A stretch of 61,213 bases of DNA from Dimargaris cristalligena (Eukaryota): assembly GCA_003614675.1 (NCBI GenBank), contig ML002241.1, positions 1 through 61,213 on the forward strand, written 5' to 3'. This document shows, piece by piece, positions 40,824 through 53,231 of this stretch. The notes under the pieces are model-generated. The model saw nothing but the letters and a program-made list of their open reading frames with translations, was not told the origin of the DNA and made no database searches. The translations under genes were made by a program, and so were the position numbers. Positions within the stretch are counted from its first letter, which is position 1, and the number at the start of each line of letters is the position of its first letter.

Positions 40824-42280
40824 ATGACTCAGACCCAGTTTCTGAAAGAACCCCGCACCGTCAGTGTCCTGGGCGTTGATTTCAGCGGTGGTCAGCCTAA
40901 GGAAGGCGTCGACGAAGGTCCCTTCCAAATGATCCAGTTCGGCATTCTGGACCAGATTAAAGAACTCGACTGGCGGGTGGAGTTCGACGGCAGCTTCCCC
41001 AACTACAAGAAGCTCATCCCCACCGTGGATCCCGATATCGGCACCATGAAGAAACCCCGGGCGGTGTCCAACGTCACCCGCGCCCTCGCCCAAAACATCC
41101 AGGGTCAAGCCGAAAAGGGCCACCTCGCCCTTAGCCTAGGGGGTGACCATAGCATCGCCATTGGAACCATCTCTGGGACTGCTGCCGTGTACGACAACCT
41201 CTGCGTGATCTGGGTTGATGCCCATGCGGTAAGTATCTCTGACAATTATAGCTGGATCAAGCTGTTTACAAGTCTCCAGCGGAAGTTCGCCTTGGTCGGT
41301 AGAACATTCCGCAATGGTATCGGTTGAAACCAGCATACCGCTGAATAGTTGTAGAGGTTGGCCGCGGCTGAGCAGGGCAGGCCGCGCCATTGCCGTTCTG
41401 CCTTTTGGGGCTCTGTGACTGGTTGTATTTTTTTACCCACGATTATATCAGGTGGCAGGTTGGGGGGGAGGTGAAGGGGAGGAAGGGGGCGATGGAGATC
41501 GTCCGCCACCAAGTGGTGATTTATTCTGAGTCCATGGTTAAGTTACCGTTAATCCGGGGCAAATCCACCATGAGAAAGAAAATGAGAGGCAGTGAGTGCG
41601 GATTGATGGTGATCCCTCTTCTGCTACCCCCTCACCCCCGTCGATACTAACTTTGGGCTCTAATCGACCTTAATCGTGTGCTAATTAATAACCCCCTATT
41701 CCCGGTTTGGCCCTACTTATTATTCCTCTGCACTCGATTATAGGACATCAACCCCGTCGCTGAAAGCCCTTCAGGCAACCTACATGGCTGCCCCCTGTCC
41801 TTCCTTATCGATGGCATCAACGGGGAAGTCCCCGAGTTCGAGTGGGTCAAACCCTGCCTGACCCCCGACCGCCTCGTTTACATTGGCCTGCGGGACGTGG
41901 ACATCGCCGAGAAGCGGGTGATTAAGAAGCTGGGTATCAAGGCCTTTTCCATGCACGACGTGGATAAGTACGGTATCGGCAAGGTGGTTGAAATGGCCAT
42001 TAACCATGTTAACCCCCATCGCAACCGCCCCATCCACCTGAGCTTCGATGTCGATGCCCTGGACCCTACCGTGGCTCCCTCAACCGGTACCCCCGTGCGA
42101 GGTGGACTGACCTTCCGCGAGGGCCACTACATTTGCGAAGCCGTGGCTGAAACCGGTCTCCTGGTGGCCATGGATATGGTAGAGGTGAACCCCGCCCTGG
42201 GGGACGACGATAGCTTACTGCAGACCGTAACTGTGGGCTGCTCCCTCGTACGGTGCGCCCTCGGCGAGACCCTCCTCTAG
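40824..42280 (+). CDS. CAR1: Arginase, 2 exons
   Basis: GGDHSIAIGT, WVDAHA|DIN, SGNLHGCP, HLSFDVDALDP, TGTPVRGGLTFREG. Exons 40824-41228 and 41744-42280; TATAAA near 40505. Confidence 0.97.
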
Positions 42281-42676
42281 GACTTATTTTATTTTCAAAC
42301 GTGTTTACCATTGGCATTATTCGCCCCAACCCGTTCTTAAAAATAAAAGGAAGTGTCTATCATTCCGCGTGATTATAGATGGGCGAGGCATTGAGTTGGG
42401 AGGGCAGTTCTAGTAATTGGCCCTTTTCTCGTGGCGGGATTAATATGGCCAATGGGTACAATTAATATCTATACCGAAGCCTGAAGGAAGGTAGAGGAGA
42501 GTGTATGGAGCCTCATTAAGGGTTCGCCAATTCACTAAAGAATAAACACCGTTTATACATCCTCTTGTTCACACAGCCCCTATCCTTGGCCTCGCTTTAC
42601 TAGTGGTTCATTTCTCCCCCTTCTTATCGTTTCTTCGTTTCGTGCAATAAGTTGACCAAGTTCGGGCTCCGACGAC

Positions 42677-43730
42677 ATGACCTCGCCCATTGGCCCGCTT
42701 CACCCATTCCGAACCGCATTACACCATACGCTCGGTCACGATGAAACTCGGGTAACAGCCCTCCATCGCCAATTAGTCAACGACCTCGAGGTACTTCCAC
42801 GACTTTTCGCATTTATACGAAGCGATTACACACCCCCATGTATCCCATGCACCTTCTTCTTGTCCAGTCCCTATATAGTCAACCCCCCCCCTCCCACCTA
42901 TAATTATAACTGTCTAAGCCGTGCTATATTATATATATATATATATCACCCCTCCCCCCACCCCGTCCGACTGGATGTTCAAATTGATTTACAATGCTAA
43001 TTAGTCCACGGCGCACCTTTCAGTACCCGCCGAATGGGCCCGCCAGGCGGACGATTTGAAAGTATTACAGCGTCAGCAGGAGCTGGCGCTTGGTCGGCTA
43101 AAAGTGCAACAGGAGCGGTCTCTTGAGTCCCTGGAAGGTATAGGAGTAATGCCGGGAGCTATCTTATTGCCAAACCCCCCCCCCCCTGTCCGACTCTTTG
43201 GTCTGACAATGGGTAATTGGGGGGCATTGGCCTACCAGCGGGTGTCCTACCCAGCTCCTATACTACCCGTTCCTGGATTGCGGATGTTTGGAATCAATGC
43301 TAATTCGTACTTCAAGCTATATCTATCTACCTATCAATCAATCTAAATAATTGCATGTCCGGATTGATATCTTAGATCTCGGGACATCGATTGCGAGTGG
43401 ATCCCAAGCACTACAGTTGGCCGAAGAAAGTTTGGCCCGTATCGGCAAGGTAAGATCGAATCACCAACCGGGTGGGAGGTTTTTTTAAAAAAAAAATATA
43501 TATGAAGGATTATGTCATCAAACTGGCCATGTCTAACCTTCGCATGTTTGCAATCCTCTAATCGCCCTCTCTACCTTTCATAGGAAGAGGACGATGTGGG
43601 CCTTGCGCAATCCCGCCTGGTCCAAAAACTGAACCGAGAAAAGATTCAATTTCAAGACCAATTAGAACGCGATTACCAGGCGTTTTTAGCCCGACATGCC
43701 GAGGGAATGGCGGAGGCCATGCGCGAATAA
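42677..43730 (+). CDS. Small coiled-coil protein (~155 aa), 4 exons; possibly BLOC-1 subunit-like
   Basis: Exons 42677-42790, 43005-43137, 43376-43449, 43584-43730 splice in frame into a helical Q/E/L-rich product. The family assignment is weak. Confidence 0.65.
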
Positions 43731-45352
43731 GCGTGGAATCAATCCGGTATAATGTAATAAATATTGCAACGTTAGTTTAGAATCCCCACTCCACCTCATT
43801 GGGTTAATCACGTGAGCAAATCGGGAAAACAAGCTATATGGAATGGAAAGAGCTGGTCTTATGCCCTTACCTTCATACTTGGCCGGACCGCTTGGGAATA
43901 AGTAGTAAACAGTAAACAAAGGGTTGCGGCTTTCCTATTCACTGAAAACCAAATAGATGGGGGGGGAGCTTTAGGGTGAAGAGCAATTTAGTTGACCCAA
44001 CCCGCCTAAATTAACGTCCCACGCTCTAACTAGCTATGAGGGTGGGATATATAATAATCTATCATAGTGGACAACTTTCGCACTCCACGGACGGACACCA
44101 TCGGTTAATTGTCGTCGCCCTCTTGTTGAGTTTCATGTTTAGTGTTTCTTTTCTGTAATTGTATAGTCAGGCGGTTTGTGTAACTAACTAGCTCTAACTC
44201 TGGGCCGTTGGAAAGTCCCTTTCCCTCCCCCTCATGCGAAGACCCATCGTTTTCCCCTTTGGCTGCTTCTCTGTATTATATAGTTCGCCCGCCTTTCGTT
44301 TGCTTTGTCCTTCGTTATCCGTGTATTGATGGTGGTGCTGTTATCCGCTGTTCCGTTCCTTGAGATCCCCCTCTCTCTCCTCTTCTCGTTACTATACTGA
44401 ACCCTTCTCTGCATATACTCAACCACCACCAGCTGAGTTGGACCGCCGATCCCGGCTTGAGCTTTGCCTAGTAATTTTTCTCCCAGCCTGGGTCGTATAG
44501 TGCATACAGTCTGAAATACTTACTCTCCGAATTTTGCCAGACTCGCTTAAAAACCCGACCACCTCCCACTTCTCTCTCCCTCTTTCTCGTTTTTTGGCTG
44601 GACTCGGAGTATATAATAATTACATGCTCTAGGGTTGCTTATTGCTGCTCTTGTCCATGCACATATCGAGCCTCTCTCCCCCTTTTCACCCTTCCCTCCT
44701 CTCTCCTCTTACTGGGCCCCACGCATACCACTCTTCATTATCCGTCCCAAGAGCCTAGCCACCACTTCCCGTTGCATGGTCCAATTGCTCTCTACTCTGT
44801 TATACTGTTGTCTGTACGGTGTATTGGTTCCATTATCCGTCCGTCTATTCAGTCCTTGTTGTCCTCCGCTCACACATACACACATACACGCCCACCCTCG
44901 CCGCATCCTTCTCTCCCTTCTTTTTTCCCAGTTGTCCCCTGAGTCCGCGACTTGTATTATCCCTTTTTTTTTTGTTGTCAACTGATCTGTATAAGGGCTC
45001 GCTCTTCCCTAACCTCCACTTGCCTCTCTTCATTTTCGCTTAAATATATTTAGTTATTCTACATTTATATACATACATGTGATACCCTATCAACCCATTT
45101 GTCCGTGGCTCTGTCCTTTTACAATTCCACATTTATCAAAGAAGCTGCTGTTTACAACTCGGTCCATTTATCCACATTACACGCCCTGGTTCCGTCCAGT
45201 ATATTCCTGTCTGCGTCAATTATCCTCAACCTTAGTCCCTTCCGATCCAATTCACTACTGTGCACCCTCGTACCTTCCATTAAACCATATTGCCCTTCAC
45301 CAGGTCCCAAACAGCTTACTCTCAACCCGCATTGCCACTCCATTAATTATCA

Positions 45353-47647
45353 ATGCTTTCCCATGAGGATGCCGCTGTCTTTAGCGGAGAAGAAATCGAC
45401 ATTATCTTCTCCGGCGATGAACCAATAGACAATGACGAGGACGACGACTACGGGGCCACCGCTCCTAAATCGCGCGCTAAAAAGGCGACCAAGGCCAAGA
45501 CCGCCGCTACTACCCGTAAAGCGAATGCGGCAACCATCGCCGCGGCAGCGACAACCTCTGCTAAGCCACCCACGGCCACCCTGGGTAGGGGACGGGCGAA
45601 GAAAAAGACCGTCGTAGATTCCGACGAGACTCCCGAGACCAGTGAAAAACCCAAAGCCACTCGAGGCCGCCGGAAACCAACCCCCGATCCCGAAGGCGCA
45701 TTGGACGACGAAGAAACGCGTAAGTCATCTCGCCATTAATACAGGTGGTTATTATAGTTGCTCTTCCACTCGCTGATTATTGCAAGACTCTAGTACCAAA
45801 CTGGCAGTATCTCAGTACAACGCCGTTCCAGCTCAACCATTCCCCTCTCACTACCTTAGTTCCTTCCATAATTTATTAATCCCGTATTTACTGTACTATA
45901 TATTGTCAATTCATGTTCATCTGTTATTAGCGAAACCGAAACCGCGTAAGAAGGCAGCCGCTGTTGCCAAGCCCAAAAAGGTATGCCAGATATTTAACCT
46001 CCCGAATAACAACTTAGGAGCGTAAATCCTATCCTTAGATACCATTCTGCGGATACAAGGCCCAGTTCCGCTTCTGCATTTCCGGTCCCGATCCTAGCTA
46101 ACCCTGTCCTTTTTAATTGACCCGCCAATATTGATGTATTATCTTGATCCAATTAATTGCTGTAGGCTGCTCCCCCACCACCACCCAAGACCTTTGACCT
46201 TACCGAATTACAGTCACTGGCCAGCCAATATCCCGATCGCTACTGGAATGAGCTTCATGGAGCCAAATCGGAATATATTGATACCATTGACATCCATCAC
46301 CCGCTTTCGGCGCTCAATGTCGATATCCGGGATCAGGCCGCCATCACGGGCATGACTTTGTCCTCCGATGGTACTCTCCTGGCCACCTGCTGCAATTTAG
46401 GTTCCGTTAAAATCTGGGACCTGGACTCTTTCTCTCTGGTGCAGAAGCTACGGGACACCTGCGAAACCCACATTGACGAGTTTTACGTTGCCAAATTCAC
46501 GCCCGATCAGCGCCACCTCATCGTCGGCGGTAAACTGAAGGACCGCTTGCGTTGGTCTGAGGCCGATGAAGATAACCATATTCTTCCCTGTCCCCTCAAA
46601 GTGTTTGACGTCTTAACGGGCCAGGTCGTGGCTCGTTTTGAAGGCCACATGGAAGAAATTTTGTGCATCAAGCTCGTACAGTACAAGGGCGAGAATTACG
46701 CCCTTACCACCAGCCAGGACGGGTATATTATCAAGTGGCACTTTGATCCCACCTATACGACTCTCCTGGACAAGTTCATCATCGAGGATGGAATCACCTG
46801 TATGGCCTTTACGGTTTCCTTTGCTCCCAGAACTGGTAACCGTTACTTTTTGGGGGCCTGTGATGACCAACTTAAACTATATGATTTTGAAGTGGGTAAA
46901 TTGGTGCGGACGTTCGAGAACATTTATTCGTCTTACTGTGACTGTGGTAAATTCATTGAGTGCCTGGAAGTGCCAGTGCCGGGTCAGGAAGAGGCCACCC
47001 ACAGTGGGACGACCCCGGAACCTACCTCCACCAGTGGTTATGACGATGAGCGACCCGCTGACCTTACGCCGCGGGCCTTCGCCTACTTCATTTCACGGGG
47101 CGTGGAACTCCTAGATGCCGAGGATAATACCATCGCATCCCGGCCCAATACCTGCACTCTGCATCGTCTGCTATACCCTGACGAAACCCACGATTGTTTC
47201 GATTTGGAAGAGGTTCGGCGGTTCCACCACGATGACTATATGTCCAACTCGTGGCTTATGAAGGTGGCTGCTAATGGTCGGTACTTGTGTGCGCCCACCC
47301 TGAACGGACAAATCTTTGTATTTCACCTCGCTAGTGGTAAACTGACAGCTATTCTGCGTGGCCACGAGGAAATCGAAGTTCGGGATGTGATGTTTCATCC
47401 TACCCGAAACTTACTCTTTACCAGCGGAGATGACGGTTGTGTGAAAGTGTTTAGCCAGCGACCGGCGGAAATTGAAGCCCAGGTGCGGATCTATCTCGAG
47501 GCGGTCGCCCGAGGTGAATTGGATGTGGTGGTGACTGAGGAGAATAGCCCCTCGGCCAGTCCAGCACTATCGGCAATGACCATTGATGATGGCGAAGCAA
47601 ATGCAGATAAGACAAGTGACGAAATGGAGATCAATATTGATTCCTAG
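45353..47647 (+). CDS. WD40-repeat protein with a basic low-complexity N-terminus, 3 coding exons
   Basis: Exons 45353-45719, 45931-45980, 46166-47647. WD repeats include SSDGTLLATCCNLGSVKIWD, FEGHMEEI and LRGHEEIEVRDVMFHP...TSGDDGCVKVF. Confidence 0.88.
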
Positions 47648-49498
47648 TCACGGCGATCTCAGCCAAGTATTGCGTTTGTGTATCTCTCCAATGAATGTGA
47701 GAAATGATATTACTGGTCAGCCCAGTCTCATATTTCTTGTAATTCCGTTTTAAACACCGCTTATACTTCAACTAGATTCTTTTTTAGATTTGTGTGGCTG
47801 GTCTTCCGGCCCATCAGCTCTTGGTCCATTTAACCTTAACAGTATAGCCGGCATAGATCCCAAGAATTCGGTTATATATATATATAACGGCCACTTTCCT
47901 GATAAATATTATTATTGCCATAATTTCTGTTCCTAATGGGTCATCTCATTTAGCACTTCACTCTAATTTGACTGTGATTGATTATAATACCGTGTGCTGT
48001 TTAGGTGGGATGGCATAGTTTCCCTTGGGAGGCCAACGACTTGACTTAATGTAAGTGATCAGCCTTGCCCTTCAGCATATTCAAAAAGGCTGGGGCCACA
48101 GCTGACAGGATAAACTTTGGGGAGAGAAGGGGCCTAAATGTTCGGATGAGGGGAGACAGACCAGCGAGTAAGCCCCAAGTGCAAGGCAAAATATTGTAAT
48201 ATTGGGAATAAATAAGGAGAGCTCTCAGTCCGGCGGAGTCATTTTTATCATTGGCGCTAGTGGCCGTGAACCAGGGTCGTTCTTTTTAAAGTGAGTGCAA
48301 ACGATCGATTCTAATATAAATTATTTATAATTCCAGAGCCAACAGCGAGAATAATAGTAGGGCACCCGGGCCTTTACGTCGGTTGGTTTTGATTAGCCCT
48401 AGTAATTAAGGTAAAACCAGATCCCAGCCTATTGTAAACCCCTGGTCACATTTTTATGAGGCAATACTGTATAAATAGGGGCGGGGGACATTGCGGAGTA
48501 TCGATAAGCAACGAAGATCTAGGACCTAAGACATGTGGTGTAAGCGTAACTCAGCGGGATAGTGGCATCATCGAAGTATGAGCCGGGAAAATATGTTTCG
48601 TCAAATTCCTTACCTATATCTCATTCGAAGTCCTATATAGCTGGGTGTTGACCCGATCCCATACACGAGAAGCTCTAATGGTGTTATCGCATTTGGTTTC
48701 CGTATGTCTTGTGGAGAAATCCTCTTATATCCCCAACAGACTGATATAAGAGGGCTTTTCCCCCCATTGGTTTCGTAAAAGGGAACGTGTCTGCGCTTTG
48801 CCCCCCACCCCACCCCCTGAATACACAGTTCCGTTGGTACCACGTTCACCAATATTATGTCTAGCCATCTATGTTGAAGAAATTATATATAGAATGCGGC
48901 TGGCTATTAGCCATGTTGCACGTTCAAGGGCGGGTTAATGAATGACCATCAATTCCCCGCAGCCCCATTCCATTTTAATAGGGCAAAGTTTATTGAATAA
49001 AATGATTTAGTGTATCTCTGAATCATAATCTTTAAATTAGAATACAATAGAATAGTTAGGGTAAAACCACCCACTAGCTTTTAGCCTCGACACTAAAAAA
49101 ATAATCGAAGTGTACAGTGTAAGAGAGAAATGCCTAGGAGAGCCCCGACTATGCACGGAAAGCCAGGGGCAGTCGATACACTACTAATGGGTGAACCGCT
49201 CTGGGGCTATTAATATACCATTAGCAGTCTGTCATTATTAACATCGGATATTTAATGGCAATCGAAAAATCGGCTATTTGGGTTGTATTCGTTAACCCTC
49301 GGGTATTAAAAGACCATATCTTCCTACTCATTTGATCCTAGCGAACCTATATAAACATCATAGCTCAAGGATCACTCGCAATCCTACGTAGCGTCCTCTC
49401 CAGCTACAGCTTTAGCCTATATCCATTTATTTATTTTTATTCGTTTTATAGCTACTTTATTTTTATAAAGTATAAATCCCCACTTCCCTTCACCTACC

Positions 49499-50254
49499 AT
49501 GAAGTGCTCTTTGATCACCCTCGCGGCCCTCGGTCTCATCGGCAGTTCCCTCGCCGGAGCTGACTCCCCCAGTGTGAATACCGCCTCCTCCAAGAAGGGC
49601 AATGGCCTGGACTGCTTCTATGCCACCCCTTGCCAAAGTTCCCCGGACCGCGTGTGTGCCTCCGAATGCCTGCATATTCCCCTTGAAGCGTACCGCACCT
49701 GCCAACATAAATGCGGCATGAACGAACGGGACTACGATGCCGGGGTGGTGGACTGCGTGCTCAGCTGCGTCGAAGGGGTCAGGTCCACCGGGTCGAAACA
49801 CGGGTCGGTAAAGGGAGCAGCTGTTCCCTTGGATCAGGACGAGGACAACGACCAGGCCGATGGAGGGGACAATGATAATAACAGTAAGCCAACCCCGACC
49901 ACTTCTAACCACGGCGATGGCCAAGACGGAGAGGCCGATGTCCAAAATAAAGGCAAGGGCAAGGGTAAGGGCAAGGGTGGTAATGGGGACCACAGTCCCA
50001 CGGGAACCGCCACGTCGCTGAGCAGTTCGTTGCCGACCGGTAAACACGCCAAAGGGGCCATGGCTTCGAAATCGAGCATATCCGACGGAGAAACCAAGAC
50101 CTCGCGCCGCCCGTATACGTCGACCCATGGGTTCGCAGTGCAGACGGGTGGTTGGGATGACCTCGCCGCCGGGGCCGGTTCGGTTCGACTGGATTTCTTG
50201 GCCGTGGGCAGTGCTGCGGTCGCGGCTCTTTTAATCCACCGGGGCGGCTTTTAA
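49499..50254 (+). CDS. Secreted 8-Cys domain protein with S/T/G linker and probable GPI anchor
   Basis: Signal peptide; C-x5-C-x7-C-x3-C-x10-C-x3-C-x13-C-x3-C; (KG)5; hydrophobic C-terminus after AAGAGS. Confidence 0.8.
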   Translation: MKCSLITLAALGLIGSSLAGADSPSVNTASSKKGNGLDCFYATPCQSSPDRVCASECLHIPLEAYRTCQHKCGMNERDYDAGVVDCVLSCVEGVRSTGSKHGSVKGAAVPLDQDEDNDQADGGDNDNNSKPTPTTSNHGDGQDGEADVQNKGKGKGKGKGGNGDHSPTGTATSLSSSLPTGKHAKGAMASKSSISDGETKTSRRPYTSTHGFAVQTGGWDDLAAGAGSVRLDFLAVGSAAVAALLIHRGGF

Positions 50255-50873
50255 GTGCGCCCTTTATTTTTAAAAATGGGGGTGTATATAAGTGAGAAAA
50301 AAGTACGCCAGTTACGAAGGGGCAGTTGTTTATATGACCTACCGCTACCCTTTCCTACTTAAAGCGTACTCGCTATCATCCCACTCCCTTATAGTACCTA
50401 TCTGAGGGTGTATATTTCTTTTAGTACACTACTACAATTATTCAATCTGTTCGGCCAAACCTTTCATAATTTCAATCTTACTCAATAAACTCGATTACCT
50501 TTAAAGAAATTTTATTTATGTGCATAGAATCAAAACAGACCATCCTGTTACTGGTAGGTTCGTCAACCATATGGGGTTACTCTGAAAAGGTTGCAACCAT
50601 ACAGGCAAATCCCGCATAACTCAATATTACTGCAAAGGAGTGATGTAGTTTCACGAAAAAAGTTAGAGTAAGGATAATTTAAGCTAGTCACTCCTACATC
50701 ACGCCAGACTATAGAAAAGCATTATAAATTGGGAACGAGGGGGGGGGGGGCTTGAAAGTAAAAATAAAAAAGACCCTATAATAGAGGTGAAAAAGGTACT
50801 AACTGGTCAACGAAGATTGTCATGACTAGAATTAAATCTGACAACCCTCCTGAACAAAAAAAGCACACCCCGA

Positions 50874-53231
50874 TTATTTAGCAAACTGCAGATCCCAGCC
50901 GCTGTACCACTTCCGGCCCAATACCTGATGGACATCAAGGGAAGAGCCGTACGACAGCGGGGCGAAATAGAAGAATACGACCAATTGCAACGCCAGTAGA
51001 CCGAGCAGGGTAAAGCCCGCTGCGGGACTGATGTGAAGGTGCCGCACGCGACCGGTGATACTGCGCAGGGCGAACCGCCCGTAGTCTTCCACGAAAATGT
51101 ACTGGAAGAGGATACCGATGCCCATGTACGCGAACATGAGGGCGGGCAAATAGTGGTGCAGGAACAGGGCCCGGCCCATGACCATGAAGGGCACGAAATG
51201 GACCAGGTAGCCGAGGAGGAGGAAGCCACCGGAGCGTTCGAGGTGGCGGGCGACCAGGGGGGAAATGGGTTCCACCCCACGACGCTGGGCCAATACCTGG
51301 GCCGTCAATAAAGCGCCCAGGCCCAGGAGGGCGATGAACGCGAGCCACCAACCGGTGGGGTGACCCATAAAGTAAATTTGTTTGTGTTCATCATTCTTGG
51401 TCCAGTAACTCACGCCGCGCAGCACAAACGGCCACGAGATGGCGTTGGACTGGTAGGGGTGGGGCTTCGTCAGAGCGGCATTACGTTCGATCATGACTTT
51501 GTTGAGCTCAAAGAATTTGCGGAAGAAGCTGATGGGCAGGGGCTCTTTGGGAACCAGGGCGGTATTGTTGCCTCCGTGGACCCCTTCGATTTCCTCGGCG
51601 ACCCACACATTCGCTTCCTGGGTGGTTTTCTTGTTACCGTTGATCTCGAATTGGCCGAACCCCCAGTCAGGCAGTTTTTTGGGGTTGCAGTAAATTGCCA
51701 CGCCGTGGCGCACACTGATCAGGCGGATGTAGCTGGTGCTGGTGGTCCAGTGGGTTTCGTTGACGGAGCTACGGTCGATTTCCAGGCGCCAGAGGGTGTC
51801 CTCGTACTTGCTATCCGAGTCGTTGCGGGGGGCGGTGGTCAATTCCATGTTGGTGGCGGTCAAGGGGGAGGCCACATCGTGGGCGAAGAGATAGCTGTCG
51901 GTACCGGTGTGTAGGAGGCGGATGGTATCGCCGTTCCGGACTATGTTTTTGTTGTTGGCCAGGGCTTCGGTATCATTACCGACGGGCAGCACGGTCCAGA
52001 AGTTGTTGACATCCTTGTGGGAGTAGCCGGTCACTTGGCGACCTTGGGAACTGACCCGGCCGGAGGTGTAGCGCAGGGGGTAGTTGTGGGGGTGGGAGTG
52101 CAGATAAGCATCCATACTCTTGTGCTTCAGGGTGATGTTGTGGTGGTAGCGGACCTCGTGACTGCTGGCGTGCAGGGGACTGTTGTAGAGAGACCCCTGG
52201 AAGGCGGGACTCATGTACCGATCTCCAGGACCGCTGCGGTTAAGGACGGCGAAGTGGACGTAGAAGGTGGACATGTAGATGATGATGGGGATGGCAATCA
52301 GGGCCAGGGCGCGGGCAGCAAAGTGGTGGCTCCACTGCTGCATAGTTAACCCACGGTCCACGTCCAAAAGCCGCCACAGATCCATAATCACAGCGATACC
52401 GATCATGCCCACCGTCAACAGACCCACCAGTTTAACGGAGGTCACCAAACCGAGGAATACGCCGGCCAGGCACAGGTTGGTCCACCAAGCCACGCCAAAA
52501 GCCTGGAAGCGGGCCTTGTAGAAGCGGATGTAAAAGAACACGGCGCCCAGGAGGAAGATCATCATGAAGGTATCCAGCAGAATAAGGCGGGACTGGACCA
52601 CCATACCGTTATCAAAAGCAATGAGGATCCCCGCCAGGAAAGCGGCGTAGACGGAATATCCGGATTCGATCATGATAAAGTAGCAGATCACGGGCAACAG
52701 GGTGCCCAACAAAGCGGGGAACGAGCGGAGCGAAATATAGGGGATATCGTGTTCAATGTAGCTTTCCCCGATCTTATCAAACAGGTAGTCGCCGTTCAGT
52801 CCGACCAGGTAGCCCTGGGCGGCAATGAGCATTTTAGCCAGCGGGGGGTGGACATCGAAGAAGAAGGTGCGGCGAATATAGTAACTGGCGAACTTGCCAA
52901 AGTGCACCTCGTCAAAGACGACTTCGGACGGGTCCCACAGTTTGTAAAAGCGGGTGACAAACGAGGCTAACAGCACCAGGGCGGCGGCCAGATGGGAGGG
53001 ATTCAGACCGGCGGGTACGTTGATGGACAGGGGGCCGAGGCGGTAGGGGACGCCGCTCTTGGGGCGATCGACGTCGTCCGACTTAGTTTCCTGGGGTGAG
53101 GCGGTGTTGGGGCTAGAGGGGTCGGGGCTGGAGGTACGGGAGTGGCCGTCCTCCGAATGGGAATCGGTTGCGTGAGCGGCAGCAGCAGCAGCGGCGGCGG
53201 CCGTACGCTGGCGGGCTTTTTTGGCGGCCAT
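50874..53231 (-). CDS. PMT4: Dolichyl-phosphate-mannose protein O-mannosyltransferase, PMT4 subfamily
   Basis: VVFDEVHFGKFASYY, FFDVHPPLAK, SRLILLD, MIR domains with the Pmt4-type YPLRY..GRVSSQG.QVTGY, LFLHHYLPA. ATG at 53231; intronless. Confidence 0.93.
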   Translation of the reverse strand: MAAKKARQRTAAAAAAAAAHATDSHSEDGHSRTSSPDPSSPNTASPQETKSDDVDRPKSGVPYRLGPLSINVPAGLNPSHLAAALVLLASFVTRFYKLWDPSEVVFDEVHFGKFASYYIRRTFFFDVHPPLAKMLIAAQGYLVGLNGDYLFDKIGESYIEHDIPYISLRSFPALLGTLLPVICYFIMIESGYSVYAAFLAGILIAFDNGMVVQSRLILLDTFMMIFLLGAVFFYIRFYKARFQAFGVAWWTNLCLAGVFLGLVTSVKLVGLLTVGMIGIAVIMDLWRLLDVDRGLTMQQWSHHFAARALALIAIPIIIYMSTFYVHFAVLNRSGPGDRYMSPAFQGSLYNSPLHASSHEVRYHHNITLKHKSMDAYLHSHPHNYPLRYTSGRVSSQGRQVTGYSHKDVNNFWTVLPVGNDTEALANNKNIVRNGDTIRLLHTGTDSYLFAHDVASPLTATNMELTTAPRNDSDSKYEDTLWRLEIDRSSVNETHWTTSTSYIRLISVRHGVAIYCNPKKLPDWGFGQFEINGNKKTTQEANVWVAEEIEGVHGGNNTALVPKEPLPISFFRKFFELNKVMIERNAALTKPHPYQSNAISWPFVLRGVSYWTKNDEHKQIYFMGHPTGWWLAFIALLGLGALLTAQVLAQRRGVEPISPLVARHLERSGGFLLLGYLVHFVPFMVMGRALFLHHYLPALMFAYMGIGILFQYIFVEDYGRFALRSITGRVRHLHISPAAGFTLLGLLALQLVVFFYFAPLSYGSSLDVHQVLGRKWYSGWDLQFAK

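Noticed and set aside
48167..48495. RNase MRP-like P4 halves on the minus strand (AUGUCCCC ... GGGGCUUACU)
   Set aside because: The 5' half deviates from GAAAGUCCCC, and the intervening sequence is AT-rich without the other conserved regions.
48631..48664. Possible sixth MITE end (CCTATATAGCTGGG...CCCATA)
   Set aside because: Match too short and no partner TIR or internal core.
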